The notes: generated from the letters alone by a model not told the origin. A stretch of DNA of 43,333 bases from a virus (IMGVR_UViG_3300011102_000170:1-43333); one strand, 5' to 3'. Positions 26,828 through 37,590 are shown, counted from the first letter of the stretch. Numbers and translations are program-made.

Positions 26828-29544
26828 GCCGCCTAGGGTATCGTCCCACCACACGCGCCCAGGGTGTTGGCGAGATGGCCGGGGACACCACCCGCGCCAG
26901 CATCCTCGGCAGCTTCCAGGCTGCGACGTGGGTCACGTCCGTGTCGTGGTGGGGTGGCCGCAGCACCAGCACCAACGGCTCCGCCGGCCCCGCCATCTAC
27001 GCCGTGTCCGGCTCCACCGTCACCGATGAGCTGTGGTACGGCGGGCCGCAGGCGGTGACGCAGTTCATGTCACCCTCCGACCCGGCCACCGGCGCCCTGA
27101 TGACGCGGAGTGTGTCGAACCTCCTGCTCCTCGCCGGTCAGACCGTCGCCGGAGCGATCGTGAACGAGGGGGCCGCGTCCATCGCGTACGGCCAGGACAA
27201 CTCCGGCCATCCGATGCACTACTCGGACGATGCCCCCACCGACCCGTTCACCTACCGGGCGACGAATCCGATTCTGCCGCAGGGCAAGATCCACGTCTCG
27301 CTCGAGGGCGTGACCAACCGCGCGCCGAACCGCCCGACGATCACGAGTCCGATCAATGGCTCGTCCACCGTGGCGACGGCGCCCGAGGTCGAATTCACGT
27401 TCTCCGACCCTGACGCCACCTACGGCGACTACATCGCTGCCTACCGCGTCGAGGTGTTCAACGAGACCAATACCTCGCGTCTCCACGATTCCGGATGGAC
27501 AAGTACGGACAGCGGCGAGCAGAGCGCCGGCGCGGCATCCTACACGCTGCCCTCCCTCTCCACCGGGCAGGACGTGCGCATCGTCGTCACCGTCCGGGAC
27601 CGGGCCTCAGCGGTGTCGCCACCGGCCGAGGCGCGGGTCTCGATCATCACGGCGGGCGTGTACACCATTCTCGGCATCTCGAGCGACGCCGGCTCACGGA
27701 CGGTCTCGGGTGTCGGCACGGTCCGGGTGCTCACCGACGATGAGCCGACCCTGACGGCGCGCTGGGACCATGACGACGCGCTCGCCGCCGATACCTCCGA
27801 GATTCGGGTGGTGAAGGTGAGCGACGGCAGCGTCTACCGCACGGCATGGACGCTCACCACCGACGTGGCGGACGGCGACAGCCACGCCTTCACCTACGCG
27901 GCAACCGGCTGGGATGCGCTGGCCGCCGGCAATACGGTGTACCGCTTCGAGATCCGGGGCACGGACACCGATGGGGGCGTGAGCCCGTGGATGCAATCGC
28001 AGCCCTTCATGGTGAACGCGGCGCCCACCGAGTTCCTCGCCAGCCCCGGCGATGGCGTCACTCGCTCGACGGTCCCGAGCGTGACCGCGATCCTGTCCGA
28101 CGCCACGGACGACCAGTCGACCCTCACCGTGTCGTTCGAGTTCGAGCACATCGACTCCACCGACACGTTCGTGATGCCGGGGCGCTATGTCGCCACGGGG
28201 CTCGCCTACTGGGGGGAGACACTGGATACCGTCCAGCGCCTCGCCAAGAGCGTGTTCTTCGCCACCAAGGGGTATGACGATTACCGCTGGCGGGTGCTGG
28301 CGACCGACCCGTGGGGCGCAACCCTGACCGGGGCGTGGCACACCTTCACCTATGCCGAGCCGCCCGACATCACGGTCACCAATCCCGCGGACGAGGACAC
28401 CATTACAACCGGCACGCCGACGATCACGGCGACGGTCGACCGCACGCTCGCCAAGTACCGCATCACGATCAAGCGGGCCGACTACGGCACGCCGATCTAT
28501 GACTCGGGCGAGGTCGACAACGCCACCTCATCGATCAGCCACGACATTCCCGGCGGGGTGCTGCCCAACAAGGTCGACTATGACCTCACCATCTGGGTCC
28601 GGGCCGCCGACACGCTCGAGAACACGGTCACCACACAGTTCACGCTTGAGTACGAGCCGCCCGACGTCATGACCGGCGTGGCGGCGCAAGCGGTGCGCTC
28701 GTCGGAGTTCGACCGCGAGCAGCCATCCATGACTGAGCAGAAGCCCAACGTGGAGATTGTCTGGGACGAGGTGTCGACCGGCACGGTATCGGATGAGGAT
28801 TGGCTGTGGGTGAACATCTACCGCATCAGCGGGGACGGGCGAAACCGCCTCTGGCGCATCGAGAACCGCAACCAGACCACATTCATCGACACCACACCGG
28901 CGGCCGGTGTGCCGCACGACTACTACGTGGGGTACGAGCGCCGCATCAACGACGGCATCGACACCATTGAGTCGGTGCTGGCGAAGGTCACGGTCTCCAT
29001 CACCCTGCACTACACCACGATCACCTCGGAGAGCGCCGACGACCCGGCGGTGTGCTTCCACTTCTGGGAGGATCGCGAGGTCGAGCCGGTGACCGATACC
29101 CAGCTGGTCGAGGTGTTCGGGGAGCGGGCGCCGGTGGCCTTCCAGGGCGCCACGGATTACGACATCGCCTCCGGTGAGTTCCTGGTGCTCGATGACCGCT
29201 CCGGGCAGGGCTGGTACACGGCCCAGGACGTCGTGAACGCCGTGCGCGAGCTCAAGGGGGTGCAGCACCCGACGCTTGCCCAGCAGGTCTCCAACGCCAT
29301 CTCAACGGTGCTCGGACAGGGCACGCTCTACGGCCCCAAGGCGCGCTCGCTGGTGTGGCGGGATCCGCGTGGCCGGGTCATCCACGGGCTCATCACCCGT
29401 GGTCCGCGCGAGCGTGACGCCCACCGGCTCGATCGGCAGCGCTTCGAGCTCGAGTTCACCGAGACGGCCCGTCCGGTGTCCGCGATCGTCTCCGTCAATG
29501 ACGAGGAGGCGATTGACGTGACAGAAGGGTATCCCGAGCCATGA
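26824..29544 (+). CDS. Minor tail protein (distal-tail-like with Ig/FnIII-like domains)
   Basis: Follows the tape measure; Thr-rich beta-sandwich repeats ('NRAPNRPTITSP', 'YRWRVLATD'). Confidence 0.65.
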   Translation: MSRLGYRPTTRAQGVGEMAGDTTRASILGSFQAATWVTSVSWWGGRSTSTNGSAGPAIYAVSGSTVTDELWYGGPQAVTQFMSPSDPATGALMTRSVSNLLLLAGQTVAGAIVNEGAASIAYGQDNSGHPMHYSDDAPTDPFTYRATNPILPQGKIHVSLEGVTNRAPNRPTITSPINGSSTVATAPEVEFTFSDPDATYGDYIAAYRVEVFNETNTSRLHDSGWTSTDSGEQSAGAASYTLPSLSTGQDVRIVVTVRDRASAVSPPAEARVSIITAGVYTILGISSDAGSRTVSGVGTVRVLTDDEPTLTARWDHDDALAADTSEIRVVKVSDGSVYRTAWTLTTDVADGDSHAFTYAATGWDALAAGNTVYRFEIRGTDTDGGVSPWMQSQPFMVNAAPTEFLASPGDGVTRSTVPSVTAILSDATDDQSTLTVSFEFEHIDSTDTFVMPGRYVATGLAYWGETLDTVQRLAKSVFFATKGYDDYRWRVLATDPWGATLTGAWHTFTYAEPPDITVTNPADEDTITTGTPTITATVDRTLAKYRITIKRADYGTPIYDSGEVDNATSSISHDIPGGVLPNKVDYDLTIWVRAADTLENTVTTQFTLEYEPPDVMTGVAAQAVRSSEFDREQPSMTEQKPNVEIVWDEVSTGTVSDEDWLWVNIYRISGDGRNRLWRIENRNQTTFIDTTPAAGVPHDYYVGYERRINDGIDTIESVLAKVTVSITLHYTTITSESADDPAVCFHFWEDREVEPVTDTQLVEVFGERAPVAFQGATDYDIASGEFLVLDDRSGQGWYTAQDVVNAVRELKGVQHPTLAQQVSNAISTVLGQGTLYGPKARSLVWRDPRGRVIHGLITRGPRERDAHRLDRQRFELEFTETARPVSAIVSVNDEEAIDVTEGYPEP

Positions 29545-30743
29545 GCACCGGACGGTACGGCACCGGCGTCTACGGCACCGATACCTACGGCGGTGGCACG
29601 TCGTGGCCTGCGGAGCCGATCTGGCAGGACGACCGCCCGTCGCGCGGCCCGTTCACCGCAATCCCCGCGATCTGGCTCTCTGACGCCTCTCGCCACCGCA
29701 AGGCCCCGCTGGTTCCCGCGTATCCCTACCGTGCGACGGTCACCTTCAATGAGGACCGTTTGTACAAACGGGACATGCGGGTCGAGGTCGTGAACCCGGA
29801 CACGATCGAGCCGCTGGTCGATTACCTGCTGGCGGAGCTCTTCATCACCGACGCCGATGGTCGGCAGGCGACGTTGCCGCTCGGGCATTTCCTCGTCACG
29901 GAGCGCGACATCACCACCACCAAAACGATGCGGACCGGCGTCCTGCAGGCCCAGGAGGGCACGCGGGCGCTCGGTGACGCGGTGATGCCGGTGTGGGTGC
30001 GGATGCTGGCCGGCTCCGATCCGGGGGCCACGGCGCGCCAGTGGCTCGGCATCTACGGCATCCCCCCCGACATGATCGACATCCCCAACGCCGGCATGGT
30101 GACGACCTCGGAGCTTCGCTGGGACGCCGGGGAGACGTGGCTGACGGTGCTCAACGACATCCTCAGCGCCGGCAACATGTACCACGTCTGGTGTACCGGC
30201 GATGGGCGGTTCCGGTCCCGCAAGTACGAGGACATCGCCCAGGCGACGCCAGTGGCCCACTACGGCAGCCACTCCGGCGCGTACATCGTGCCGCCCGTGC
30301 AGGAAGAACCCGATTTCGGGCGCCTGCGAAACCGCATCATCGTCCGCAAGATCAGCCCGACCGAGGATCCGATCGTCGGCAAGGCGGAGGTCACGGACCC
30401 CTCGTCGCCGGTGCATCCGCTCCGGCTGGCGGCGCGACGCAACAGCACGTACCCCGTGTGGCTGGCCGAGACGATCGATGACCCAAACGTGGCCGACCAG
30501 GCCGCGGCGGAAGCACGGGCACAAGCGCTGCTCTCCGAGGGCGCGTCCTACTACATGCCGCTCACCATCCAAACGCTTGCCGATGACGTGCTCGACGGCC
30601 ACCAGACCGTCAGCCTCGATCTGCGGCACGACACCGAGACCTATTACACGGGCAACTGGCGACAGCGGACGTGGGAGCTCCGGCTGCAGGGCTCCAGCGC
30701 GATCGTCAAGCGGCAGCTGTACCGAACCGAGAGGTGGAAGTGA
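29541..30743 (+). CDS. Tail hub/baseplate protein
   Basis: 'LPLGHF', 'TWLTVLNDIL', 'NRIIV'; position. Confidence 0.65.
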   Translation: MSTGRYGTGVYGTDTYGGGTSWPAEPIWQDDRPSRGPFTAIPAIWLSDASRHRKAPLVPAYPYRATVTFNEDRLYKRDMRVEVVNPDTIEPLVDYLLAELFITDADGRQATLPLGHFLVTERDITTTKTMRTGVLQAQEGTRALGDAVMPVWVRMLAGSDPGATARQWLGIYGIPPDMIDIPNAGMVTTSELRWDAGETWLTVLNDILSAGNMYHVWCTGDGRFRSRKYEDIAQATPVAHYGSHSGAYIVPPVQEEPDFGRLRNRIIVRKISPTEDPIVGKAEVTDPSSPVHPLRLAARRNSTYPVWLAETIDDPNVADQAAAEARAQALLSEGASYYMPLTIQTLADDVLDGHQTVSLDLRHDTETYYTGNWRQRTWELRLQGSSAIVKRQLYRTERWK

Positions 30744-31165
30744 TGAGCGGCGAGTTCGTCCAGACATTCAACCGCATCGCCGGGCTGGTCGACCGGGCGG
30801 CGTGGCGCCTGTTCAGCCGTCGTGAGGTGACGGAGGTGAGCGAGGGGACGGTCACGGTCAAGACGGTCGACCCGGCCCAGGAGACGGAGCGGTACGACAC
30901 GATCCCGATGCTGAGGTTTCGACCGCCCCATACCGGGGACCGCATCGTCGTTCTCAACGCGCCGGCGCTCGGCGGCATGGTCGGGCTCGGCGTGGTGGGC
31001 GGGGACGATGACGACCTGATTCAAGGCGTGATTGCACGGCTGGACGCGCTGGAGGCAAAAGTCGCGACGCTGGAGGCGTCCGTCGCCGTCCTTGTCCTCG
31101 AGAACGTCGCGCAGCAGGCCACGCTTGACGACCACGAGTCGCGTATCGCGGCGCTGGAGCCGTAG
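30743..31165 (+). CDS. Minor tail protein (OB-like + coiled coil)
   Basis: 'PHTGDRIVVL'; C-terminal 'HESRIAALE'. Confidence 0.6.
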   Translation: MSGEFVQTFNRIAGLVDRAAWRLFSRREVTEVSEGTVTVKTVDPAQETERYDTIPMLRFRPPHTGDRIVVLNAPALGGMVGLGVVGGDDDDLIQGVIARLDALEAKVATLEASVAVLVLENVAQQATLDDHESRIAALEP

Positions 31166-31178
31166 GAAGGAGGGCAGG

Positions 31179-32102
31179 ATGGTGTTGTCGTTCATCAGGC
31201 GCAAGCGGGGCGAGGTCATCCAGGCCGAGCACGTCAACGAGTTGCAGATCGCGGCGGAGCAACTGGACGCGGGGAAGGCGGAACAAACCGACCTCGAATC
31301 GCTCGAGACCGAAGTCGCCGCCAAGCTCAACATCGCCGACGTCCTCAACGAGCCCGACATGGCGACCGGCGCCATCGACAAGCCGCCGAGTCAGGCGAGT
31401 GTGGTGGAGTATCTCGCGGCGCTGCTGGCGACCAAGGCTGATGCGCCGGTCACGCCGGCCGCGACCACGTTTGTCACCACCGGCATCAACCTCGCTGACC
31501 CCGACCTGTACGAGGCTGGCGTCCTGAACTCCAGCGGCACGCTCAACGCCTCCGTGGAATACCACACGACCGGCTTCATTCCCGTCACGGGCGGGCAGGC
31601 GTACACGTTCAGTGCCTCGGGCGCGTTTGCCGGGCCGCGCTGGATTGCCGTCTACGACGCTGACGGGTCGCTCGTGGACTACATCGACAACAGCGGCAAC
31701 CCCACGGCGACCGTCACGCCCGCCAGCGACGGCTATGTGCGCGCCTCGTACCGGAATGAGGTGCTGGAAACCATCCAGATCGAGGCCGGATCGATCGCGA
31801 CCGACTACGAGCCGTACGCCCTCCTGATTCCCGAGCTCCGGGTCGATGAGGACAACCTCGGGCCGTCCGTGATGGCGCTGATCGAGGCGGCGATCGGGGC
31901 GGCGCTGCCGACCGGCGGCATACCGGGGCAGGTGCTGGTCAAGGATGGCACCACCGACTATGCCGCCGCATGGGTGACACCGGTGGGCGTGGTGGAGCCG
32001 ATGCTGTTGCTGCCGTTTGAGTCAGACCTGGCGGGGTACGACCGCACTGGCCGGGTGGACGCGGACGGCGCCACCGCCGCGCCGCTGGTGGAGGTGTCCT
32101 GA
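31179..32102 (+). CDS. Tail fibre/adaptor protein
   Basis: 'AEHVNELQ', 'IQIEAGSIATDYEPY', 'LPTGGIPGQVLVK..TDYAAAW' are typical fibre motifs. Confidence 0.7.
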   Translation: MVLSFIRRKRGEVIQAEHVNELQIAAEQLDAGKAEQTDLESLETEVAAKLNIADVLNEPDMATGAIDKPPSQASVVEYLAALLATKADAPVTPAATTFVTTGINLADPDLYEAGVLNSSGTLNASVEYHTTGFIPVTGGQAYTFSASGAFAGPRWIAVYDADGSLVDYIDNSGNPTATVTPASDGYVRASYRNEVLETIQIEAGSIATDYEPYALLIPELRVDEDNLGPSVMALIEAAIGAALPTGGIPGQVLVKDGTTDYAAAWVTPVGVVEPMLLLPFESDLAGYDRTGRVDADGATAAPLVEVS

Positions 32103-34765
32103 TGCGCGCCGTTCTGATGCACGAAGCGACCACGAACTACGTCACCAACCCGGTCGCGGGGGTGGGGACCTCGGGCTGGGCAACGGGAGCCAATCGCACG
32201 ATCACGCGGATCACGACCCTGCCGCCGGGCCTGCCGCTCCACGGGGTCACCACCGGCGTGCGTGTGACCGCAAACACCACGTACGGCGGAGCCGTGGGCA
32301 TGCTCTGGCAGAACGTCACGGTGCCGTCTGCGGGCAACTACATGCTGTCCGCGTGGGTGCTCATCCCCGACGACTGGACGGGCGGGACGATCTCGCTGCG
32401 GTCAAGCGTGGGCGGGGACTGGACCGGCGCAACCGGCAACAGCCCGGTGGACGCCGACATGAGCGCGACCGGGCGATGGCAGCGGGTCATCATGGGGCCG
32501 GTAGCGATCGATGCCGGGGACCTGGTGGGATCGATCGGGTTGCAGGCCGAGGGGTGGACGAGCGGTCAGCCCCTCTACGTGACGGGGCTGATGGTGCACC
32601 CCGGCACGCGCCCGGTTCCGTTCTGCCCGCAGTTCGACGGCGACGGCACCCTGCTCGATACGTATAGCTGGTCCGGCACCGCCCATGCCAGCGCCAGCAG
32701 CCGCACCGGCGGGCTGATTCGTCTCGATGCCGCTGGCCGGATCAATCCCGATCGGGGCGAGATTGCGGTGCGGTTCCGGACGCCACTCACACTGCCTGAT
32801 ACGGGCGAGCAGTACGTGCTCGCCCACAGCGAAGGCATCTTCCGTAACCGCATCCTGCTCGCGATCTACCAGGGCGATCTGATCCTGACGATGGGTGACG
32901 GCGATACCGTGACGATCATGGCCGTGCAGCCCAATACCCTGATGACGCTCTCCGTCGCGTGGGACGGTGGCACCGCGAATGTCTACGTGGACGGGCTGCC
33001 GGTCCTGTTCGGCTACCACTTCGGCGGCATCGGGGCAACCGACAGCACCATGCACGTCGGCAGCCTGAGTAGCGCGTCGCAGCTCAACGGCCCGATACTC
33101 GGCGTCGAAACGTTCGACCAGCCACTGACGGACGCCGAGCGGCTGGCGCTGGTGGGGCAGGATACGTGGTCATGGACCGGCGTCTCGACGGAGACGGATC
33201 AGTACAGCGTCCGTGCGCGCACGTTCTCCGTTGTAGGCGACCTGCACACCGGCTTCACGCTGCGCGAGGGGAACGAGGAACGGCTCGATACCGCCTTTGC
33301 CGACCTCGCCACCCTGAAGCACCTGCACGGCCATCGTATCTATGTGGGCGACCTCGTGGAGACGCCGGGAGACGGATACAGCGGCACAACTCCGGGGGAA
33401 CACGATACGGAGATTCTGGCGCGCATCAACGCCCTCGACCCCGACCGGGACACGTGGGACGCCGTCGCCGGAAACCATGACCTCCAGCAAGGCCGGTCAG
33501 CCGACAACTGGGCCGCCATCTACGGCTATGACGATCAGAACTGGGTACGCGACCTCGGATTCTGTCGGATCGTTGCGGTGGCTGCTGACGATCTCGCCAG
33601 CAACCCCGGCAAGCCGCAGACGCTCTCCAGCGCGACGCTCGACTGGCTCGACGAGCGGCTGGCGGAGGATCACCGGGATACCATCGTCCTGAGCCACGGC
33701 ACGATTCGCGGCACCACCACGACCACGCTGTACACCGGGGACTTTGGCGGGGGATACAACGGCGAAGCCGAAAACATGCTGACGTACCCCATCGACGAGG
33801 TGTACGAGATTCTGGACCGCCACCCGCACGCGCGGCTCTGGCTCTGTGGGCACGCGCACACCAGCCCGGAGGCGGTCGGCTCGATTACCCGGCAATGGAC
33901 TGGCAGCCGCTATATCGCCTACGTCAACGCCAGCGCGATCAATACCGTAAACCACAACGTCGATTCCGAGGACGACCCGATCCGCTCCCTGTTCCTGACC
34001 CTTTTGGACGATCGCATAGACGTTCGCATCCGCAACCACGGCACGCAGGCTTGGGACCCGATCCGGGGGCAGTACCACGTCTCCCTGCCGCGCTACACGC
34101 CACCGACCGGAGACAACCCCACGGCGTTCGTGTTCCCGCTGAATGACACGCTGGTCGGCGCGTCGCAGGACGGCACGCCAACCCTCGGCCTCGACGCCAC
34201 GCCGGTATTCACCGAGGTGGACGGGGAAGCCGGGCTGGTCCTGCCGGAAAGCGGATACAGCCTCGCGTACCTCAATGCCAGCCAGTACCTGCTGCCCGAG
34301 GCGGGCAGCGTCGTGATCCGGTGCGCCTTCGCCACGCCAACGTCGTCCACGTCGCAGCGCCTGCTCCACCACCCCACGCTCGACGGGTCCAACCGGCTGC
34401 AAATCTACCGGGAGAACGCCAGCGGAGCGCCGGTCATGGTGATCGGCGGCCCGGCCACGTACAGCGCGGGCGCGCCGGTGCAGATTGCCGATGACGAGAT
34501 CGTGACCCTTGCGATCGACTGGGGCGACGGGGAGGCCATCCTGCGGGTCAATGGAGAAATCGTCAAGCGTCGGGGGTACCGGGGCCTCTGGACCTTCGCG
34601 AACAGCAGTTCAAGCCTGCGGTTTGGTGACGCCGGAGCGTCGACCGGGTTCGATGGCGTCCTGTTTGGCGTGGCGGGATTCCACCGCATGCTGACGGGAC
34701 AGGAACACATGCGGCTGGTGACGACACCCACAGACGACTGGACATTTACGACGGTGCAAGGGTAG
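32102..34765 (+). CDS. Receptor-binding tail protein: CBM-like + LamG + calcineurin-like metallophosphoesterase + LamG
   Basis: GDLH, GDLV, GNHD, LSHG and GHAH motifs; two concanavalin/LamG-like segments. Confidence 0.75.
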   Translation: MRAVLMHEATTNYVTNPVAGVGTSGWATGANRTITRITTLPPGLPLHGVTTGVRVTANTTYGGAVGMLWQNVTVPSAGNYMLSAWVLIPDDWTGGTISLRSSVGGDWTGATGNSPVDADMSATGRWQRVIMGPVAIDAGDLVGSIGLQAEGWTSGQPLYVTGLMVHPGTRPVPFCPQFDGDGTLLDTYSWSGTAHASASSRTGGLIRLDAAGRINPDRGEIAVRFRTPLTLPDTGEQYVLAHSEGIFRNRILLAIYQGDLILTMGDGDTVTIMAVQPNTLMTLSVAWDGGTANVYVDGLPVLFGYHFGGIGATDSTMHVGSLSSASQLNGPILGVETFDQPLTDAERLALVGQDTWSWTGVSTETDQYSVRARTFSVVGDLHTGFTLREGNEERLDTAFADLATLKHLHGHRIYVGDLVETPGDGYSGTTPGEHDTEILARINALDPDRDTWDAVAGNHDLQQGRSADNWAAIYGYDDQNWVRDLGFCRIVAVAADDLASNPGKPQTLSSATLDWLDERLAEDHRDTIVLSHGTIRGTTTTTLYTGDFGGGYNGEAENMLTYPIDEVYEILDRHPHARLWLCGHAHTSPEAVGSITRQWTGSRYIAYVNASAINTVNHNVDSEDDPIRSLFLTLLDDRIDVRIRNHGTQAWDPIRGQYHVSLPRYTPPTGDNPTAFVFPLNDTLVGASQDGTPTLGLDATPVFTEVDGEAGLVLPESGYSLAYLNASQYLLPEAGSVVIRCAFATPTSSTSQRLLHHPTLDGSNRLQIYRENASGAPVMVIGGPATYSAGAPVQIADDEIVTLAIDWGDGEAILRVNGEIVKRRGYRGLWTFANSSSSLRFGDAGASTGFDGVLFGVAGFHRMLTGQEHMRLVTTPTDDWTFTTVQG

Positions 34766-34911
34766 CGGGATGGCCACACCACGCAGAAAGGAGGCGCCTG
34801 ACACCGGCTGGAGCGTAGTGAGACGGGGGGATGGATGGACAGCGGTAACGAGTATCAGGAGGCACGACATGGCGATGACGGTACGCAGCCGAGACGATCC
34901 GGGAGGCGGGG

Positions 34912-35247
34912 ATGAGCGAGGGACTCATGATCGCCATCATCACCTTCGGGATTCCCGCCCTCGGCGCCGGCATCTGGCGATTGCGCACCGACCTGCGAGG
35001 GGAGCGGGAGAAGCGCGAACAGGCGATCAAGGCGGAGGCGTTGGCGCAGGCCCGCAACGAGCACCTGATCCGCGAGGCGAAGGCGACGATCGCCCAGAAG
35101 GACCGCGAGCTTTCAACGAAGGACAAGATCATCGCGCGGCTGGAGGCGCAAGTCACCTGGTACGAATCGGAGGAATGTCCGCGGCTCAAGCGGCGTATCC
35201 AGGAGCTTTCCGATGTGATCACGAACCTGTCGGAGAAGCCATCGTGA
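34912..35247 (+). CDS. Membrane-anchored coiled-coil protein (lysis region)
   Basis: N-terminal TM helix; heptad repeats. Confidence 0.75.
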   Translation: MSEGLMIAIITFGIPALGAGIWRLRTDLRGEREKREQAIKAEALAQARNEHLIREAKATIAQKDRELSTKDKIIARLEAQVTWYESEECPRLKRRIQELSDVITNLSEKPS

Positions 35248-35483
35248 GCACTGTGCTGGCGTGGCTGCGGCGGCTCACCCACCGGGACGATCCCGAGCTG
35301 CCCGAGTATGACCCGCGCAGGGATCCCGCCGCCTGCTGGCTTGGCATGAAGCAATCCGAGTCGAAGCGGGCCGAGCGGGAAGCGCTCGAGCGGTTCCGTT
35401 CGTTCAACCGCGGTGGCCCGACAGGCAATGTGATGGAGGATGACGTGTTCTACCCGCCACGCCGAGGGGAGCGGGACACATGA
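35244..35483 (+). CDS. Hypothetical protein
   Basis: GTGA overlap; stop overlaps next gene. Confidence 0.6.
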   Translation: MSTVLAWLRRLTHRDDPELPEYDPRRDPAACWLGMKQSESKRAEREALERFRSFNRGGPTGNVMEDDVFYPPRRGERDT

Positions 35484-35866
35484 CCCACCGCATCCTCACG
35501 CATCCCCTGACCCACCTGTACGCCGCCGTAGTGATCCTGTTCGCGGTGTTCTGGGTGCTGCCCGAGAGCATCAAGGACATCACGGACGCGGTGCTGGCGG
35601 CGTCGCTGGTGATCGGCTTTGGCCGCGCCATGATCGTGATGCTGCAGCGCACGGAGGTCTGGACGCACCGGGGGCTGGGATTCCTCGGCACCATCACCGG
35701 CGACATGATGCTGTACGCCACGGTGCTGGCCGGTATCGCGTTCGGCGCGTCGTGGCACCTGCTGGATTTGGCGCGGGCGTTCCTCGCGGTGGGCGTGGTG
35801 CTGCTGTGGATCGGACTGGGGCGCATTCGATGGTCGAGGCCGGCTCCACCGACGTCAGACGACTAG
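35480..35866 (+). CDS. Four-TM membrane protein (holin candidate)
   Basis: Four hydrophobic helices; immediately upstream of the endolysin. Confidence 0.65.
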   Translation: MTHRILTHPLTHLYAAVVILFAVFWVLPESIKDITDAVLAASLVIGFGRAMIVMLQRTEVWTHRGLGFLGTITGDMMLYATVLAGIAFGASWHLLDLARAFLAVGVVLLWIGLGRIRWSRPAPPTSDD

Positions 35867-35877
35867 GAGGCGGTTAT

Positions 35878-37590
35878 ATGGCGACATACACACCACAATC
35901 ACCCATCGCCGGTGACAGCCGCGGCACCGCTGACGACTGGATCCGATGGGCAGAGCAGCAGGGCGTCCACCGCTTCGATGACGTCGAGCTCTACATCAAC
36001 ACCGTCTACGAATTCGCCCCGCAGGTCGGCATCGGCGCCCACAAGATCATTTGCCAGTCGATCCACGAAACCAGTGAGGCACACCCCAAGACGGGCAAGT
36101 ACATCCCGTGGACGTCCGAGGCGTGGACGGAGTGCGTGAACCCGGCCGGCATCGGCGTGACCTCCGACGCGATGCGGACCTGGCACGACTTCAAGAACGG
36201 GCGCAACGCCGCGCTCGCCCATCTGGTCCGGGTCTGCAAGTACGTCTTCGGCCCCGTCCCGGACATCCTCAAACCCTACGAACACCTCGACCCACGAGGC
36301 GCGGTTCCCGCCAGCGTCTACGGCCAGAAGAAGACGCTCGGCTCGTTCGGGCATAGCGATTGGAGGAATTACCCGACTTGGGCGGCAAACGACGACTACG
36401 GCCAAAAGTGGGCCGACACGCTCAACAGACTCGAGCCGGTGTTTGCCGGCACATCCACCACACCCCCGGACCCGCAGCCGGACCCGCAGGAGGGCAACGA
36501 CATGGCAGAGCTCAATTTCGACCCCAAGCTGGTCCCAATGCCACCGCACCGCTTCAAGCTCGCGACCAACAAGCGCGAAGGCGTGGGCATGAACCGATTC
36601 GGTCCGCGCGTCCACCGGGGCATCGTGTTCCACCGCGCCCTGTCCAACAACCAGAGCCTCGACACGGCGGTCGGGTGGCTGTTGCGCTCGGATGTGCAAG
36701 GGCTGACCGATGGGTTCATCGACCACCGCACCGGCGAGATGGTGATCATCAACCCGATGAAGGCCATGTTCCCGAACAACGTGCCGTCCAACTGGCAGGA
36801 CATGGCGGGATGGGCGCAGGGTCCGTACTCGGCTACGGCGTCATGGCCGGACGGCCGCGCATTCCGCAACAAGTACGGTGGTCGCCTCGGTGCCAACATC
36901 ATCAACCAGGACCTCGAATCGATGGAGGTCACGGGGAACTACGATTCGCCCCTCTCCGATGCGTGCAAGGCCACGCTCGTGCAGTGGGCTGCAGCGCGGG
37001 CGCAGTACCACAAGATTCCGTGGGACAAGTACCCGATCAAGCCGAGCGACGGCCTCACGATGATGTACGGGCATCGGGAGTTCTGTGGTGACGGGCACAA
37101 GATTTGTCCCGGCCCGGTGGTCTGGAACTTCATTACTGGTGAGTTGATCGATCGCGTCCGGGCGATTCTCAAGAAGGCACAGACGAGCGGCGCAACGACT
37201 CCGGCACCGAAGCCCGATCCGCAGCAGCCGGTCGATCCGTGGCCGTACCCGGAGGCGCATATCCCGGAGTTCATCACGAACCCCGGCGCGAAGCCATACC
37301 TCGAGGACGGCAACGGCACGACGCTGTTCTGGACCGACAAGCAGTATGTCGCGGTTCGCCCGACCAAGCGCCTCAAGTACGCCTATGACGGCGCGCCCGA
37401 GGTGGGGCCGATCATCCCGGCCGGCATGGACTTCAACGTCGCGTTCGTGTTCACCGCGCACGACGGCAAGGAATACGGCCTCACGCCATACGGGACCCGC
37501 GTCCTGCTGGATGACCTCAAGGTGGTCAGCGACGGGCCGCTGGTCGGTGATGTCATCGACGCGGTGAAGGACACGCTTGAAAACAACTGA
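35878..37590 (+). CDS. Endolysin: glucosaminidase/lysozyme-like + Zn amidase-2-like + C-terminal binding domain
   Basis: AGGAGG SD; 'QSIHET..NPAGIG..WAANDDYG'; 'IVFH..SMEVTG..GHREF..CPG'; Pro-rich linkers. Confidence 0.85.
   Translation: MATYTPQSPIAGDSRGTADDWIRWAEQQGVHRFDDVELYINTVYEFAPQVGIGAHKIICQSIHETSEAHPKTGKYIPWTSEAWTECVNPAGIGVTSDAMRTWHDFKNGRNAALAHLVRVCKYVFGPVPDILKPYEHLDPRGAVPASVYGQKKTLGSFGHSDWRNYPTWAANDDYGQKWADTLNRLEPVFAGTSTTPPDPQPDPQEGNDMAELNFDPKLVPMPPHRFKLATNKREGVGMNRFGPRVHRGIVFHRALSNNQSLDTAVGWLLRSDVQGLTDGFIDHRTGEMVIINPMKAMFPNNVPSNWQDMAGWAQGPYSATASWPDGRAFRNKYGGRLGANIINQDLESMEVTGNYDSPLSDACKATLVQWAAARAQYHKIPWDKYPIKPSDGLTMMYGHREFCGDGHKICPGPVVWNFITGELIDRVRAILKKAQTSGATTPAPKPDPQQPVDPWPYPEAHIPEFITNPGAKPYLEDGNGTTLFWTDKQYVAVRPTKRLKYAYDGAPEVGPIIPAGMDFNVAFVFTAHDGKEYGLTPYGTRVLLDDLKVVSDGPLVGDVIDAVKDTLENN

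Noticed and set aside
35440-35877. N-terminal extension of the endolysin in the ORF track
   Set aside because: Overlaps the 4-TM gene; the strong SD supports ATG 35878
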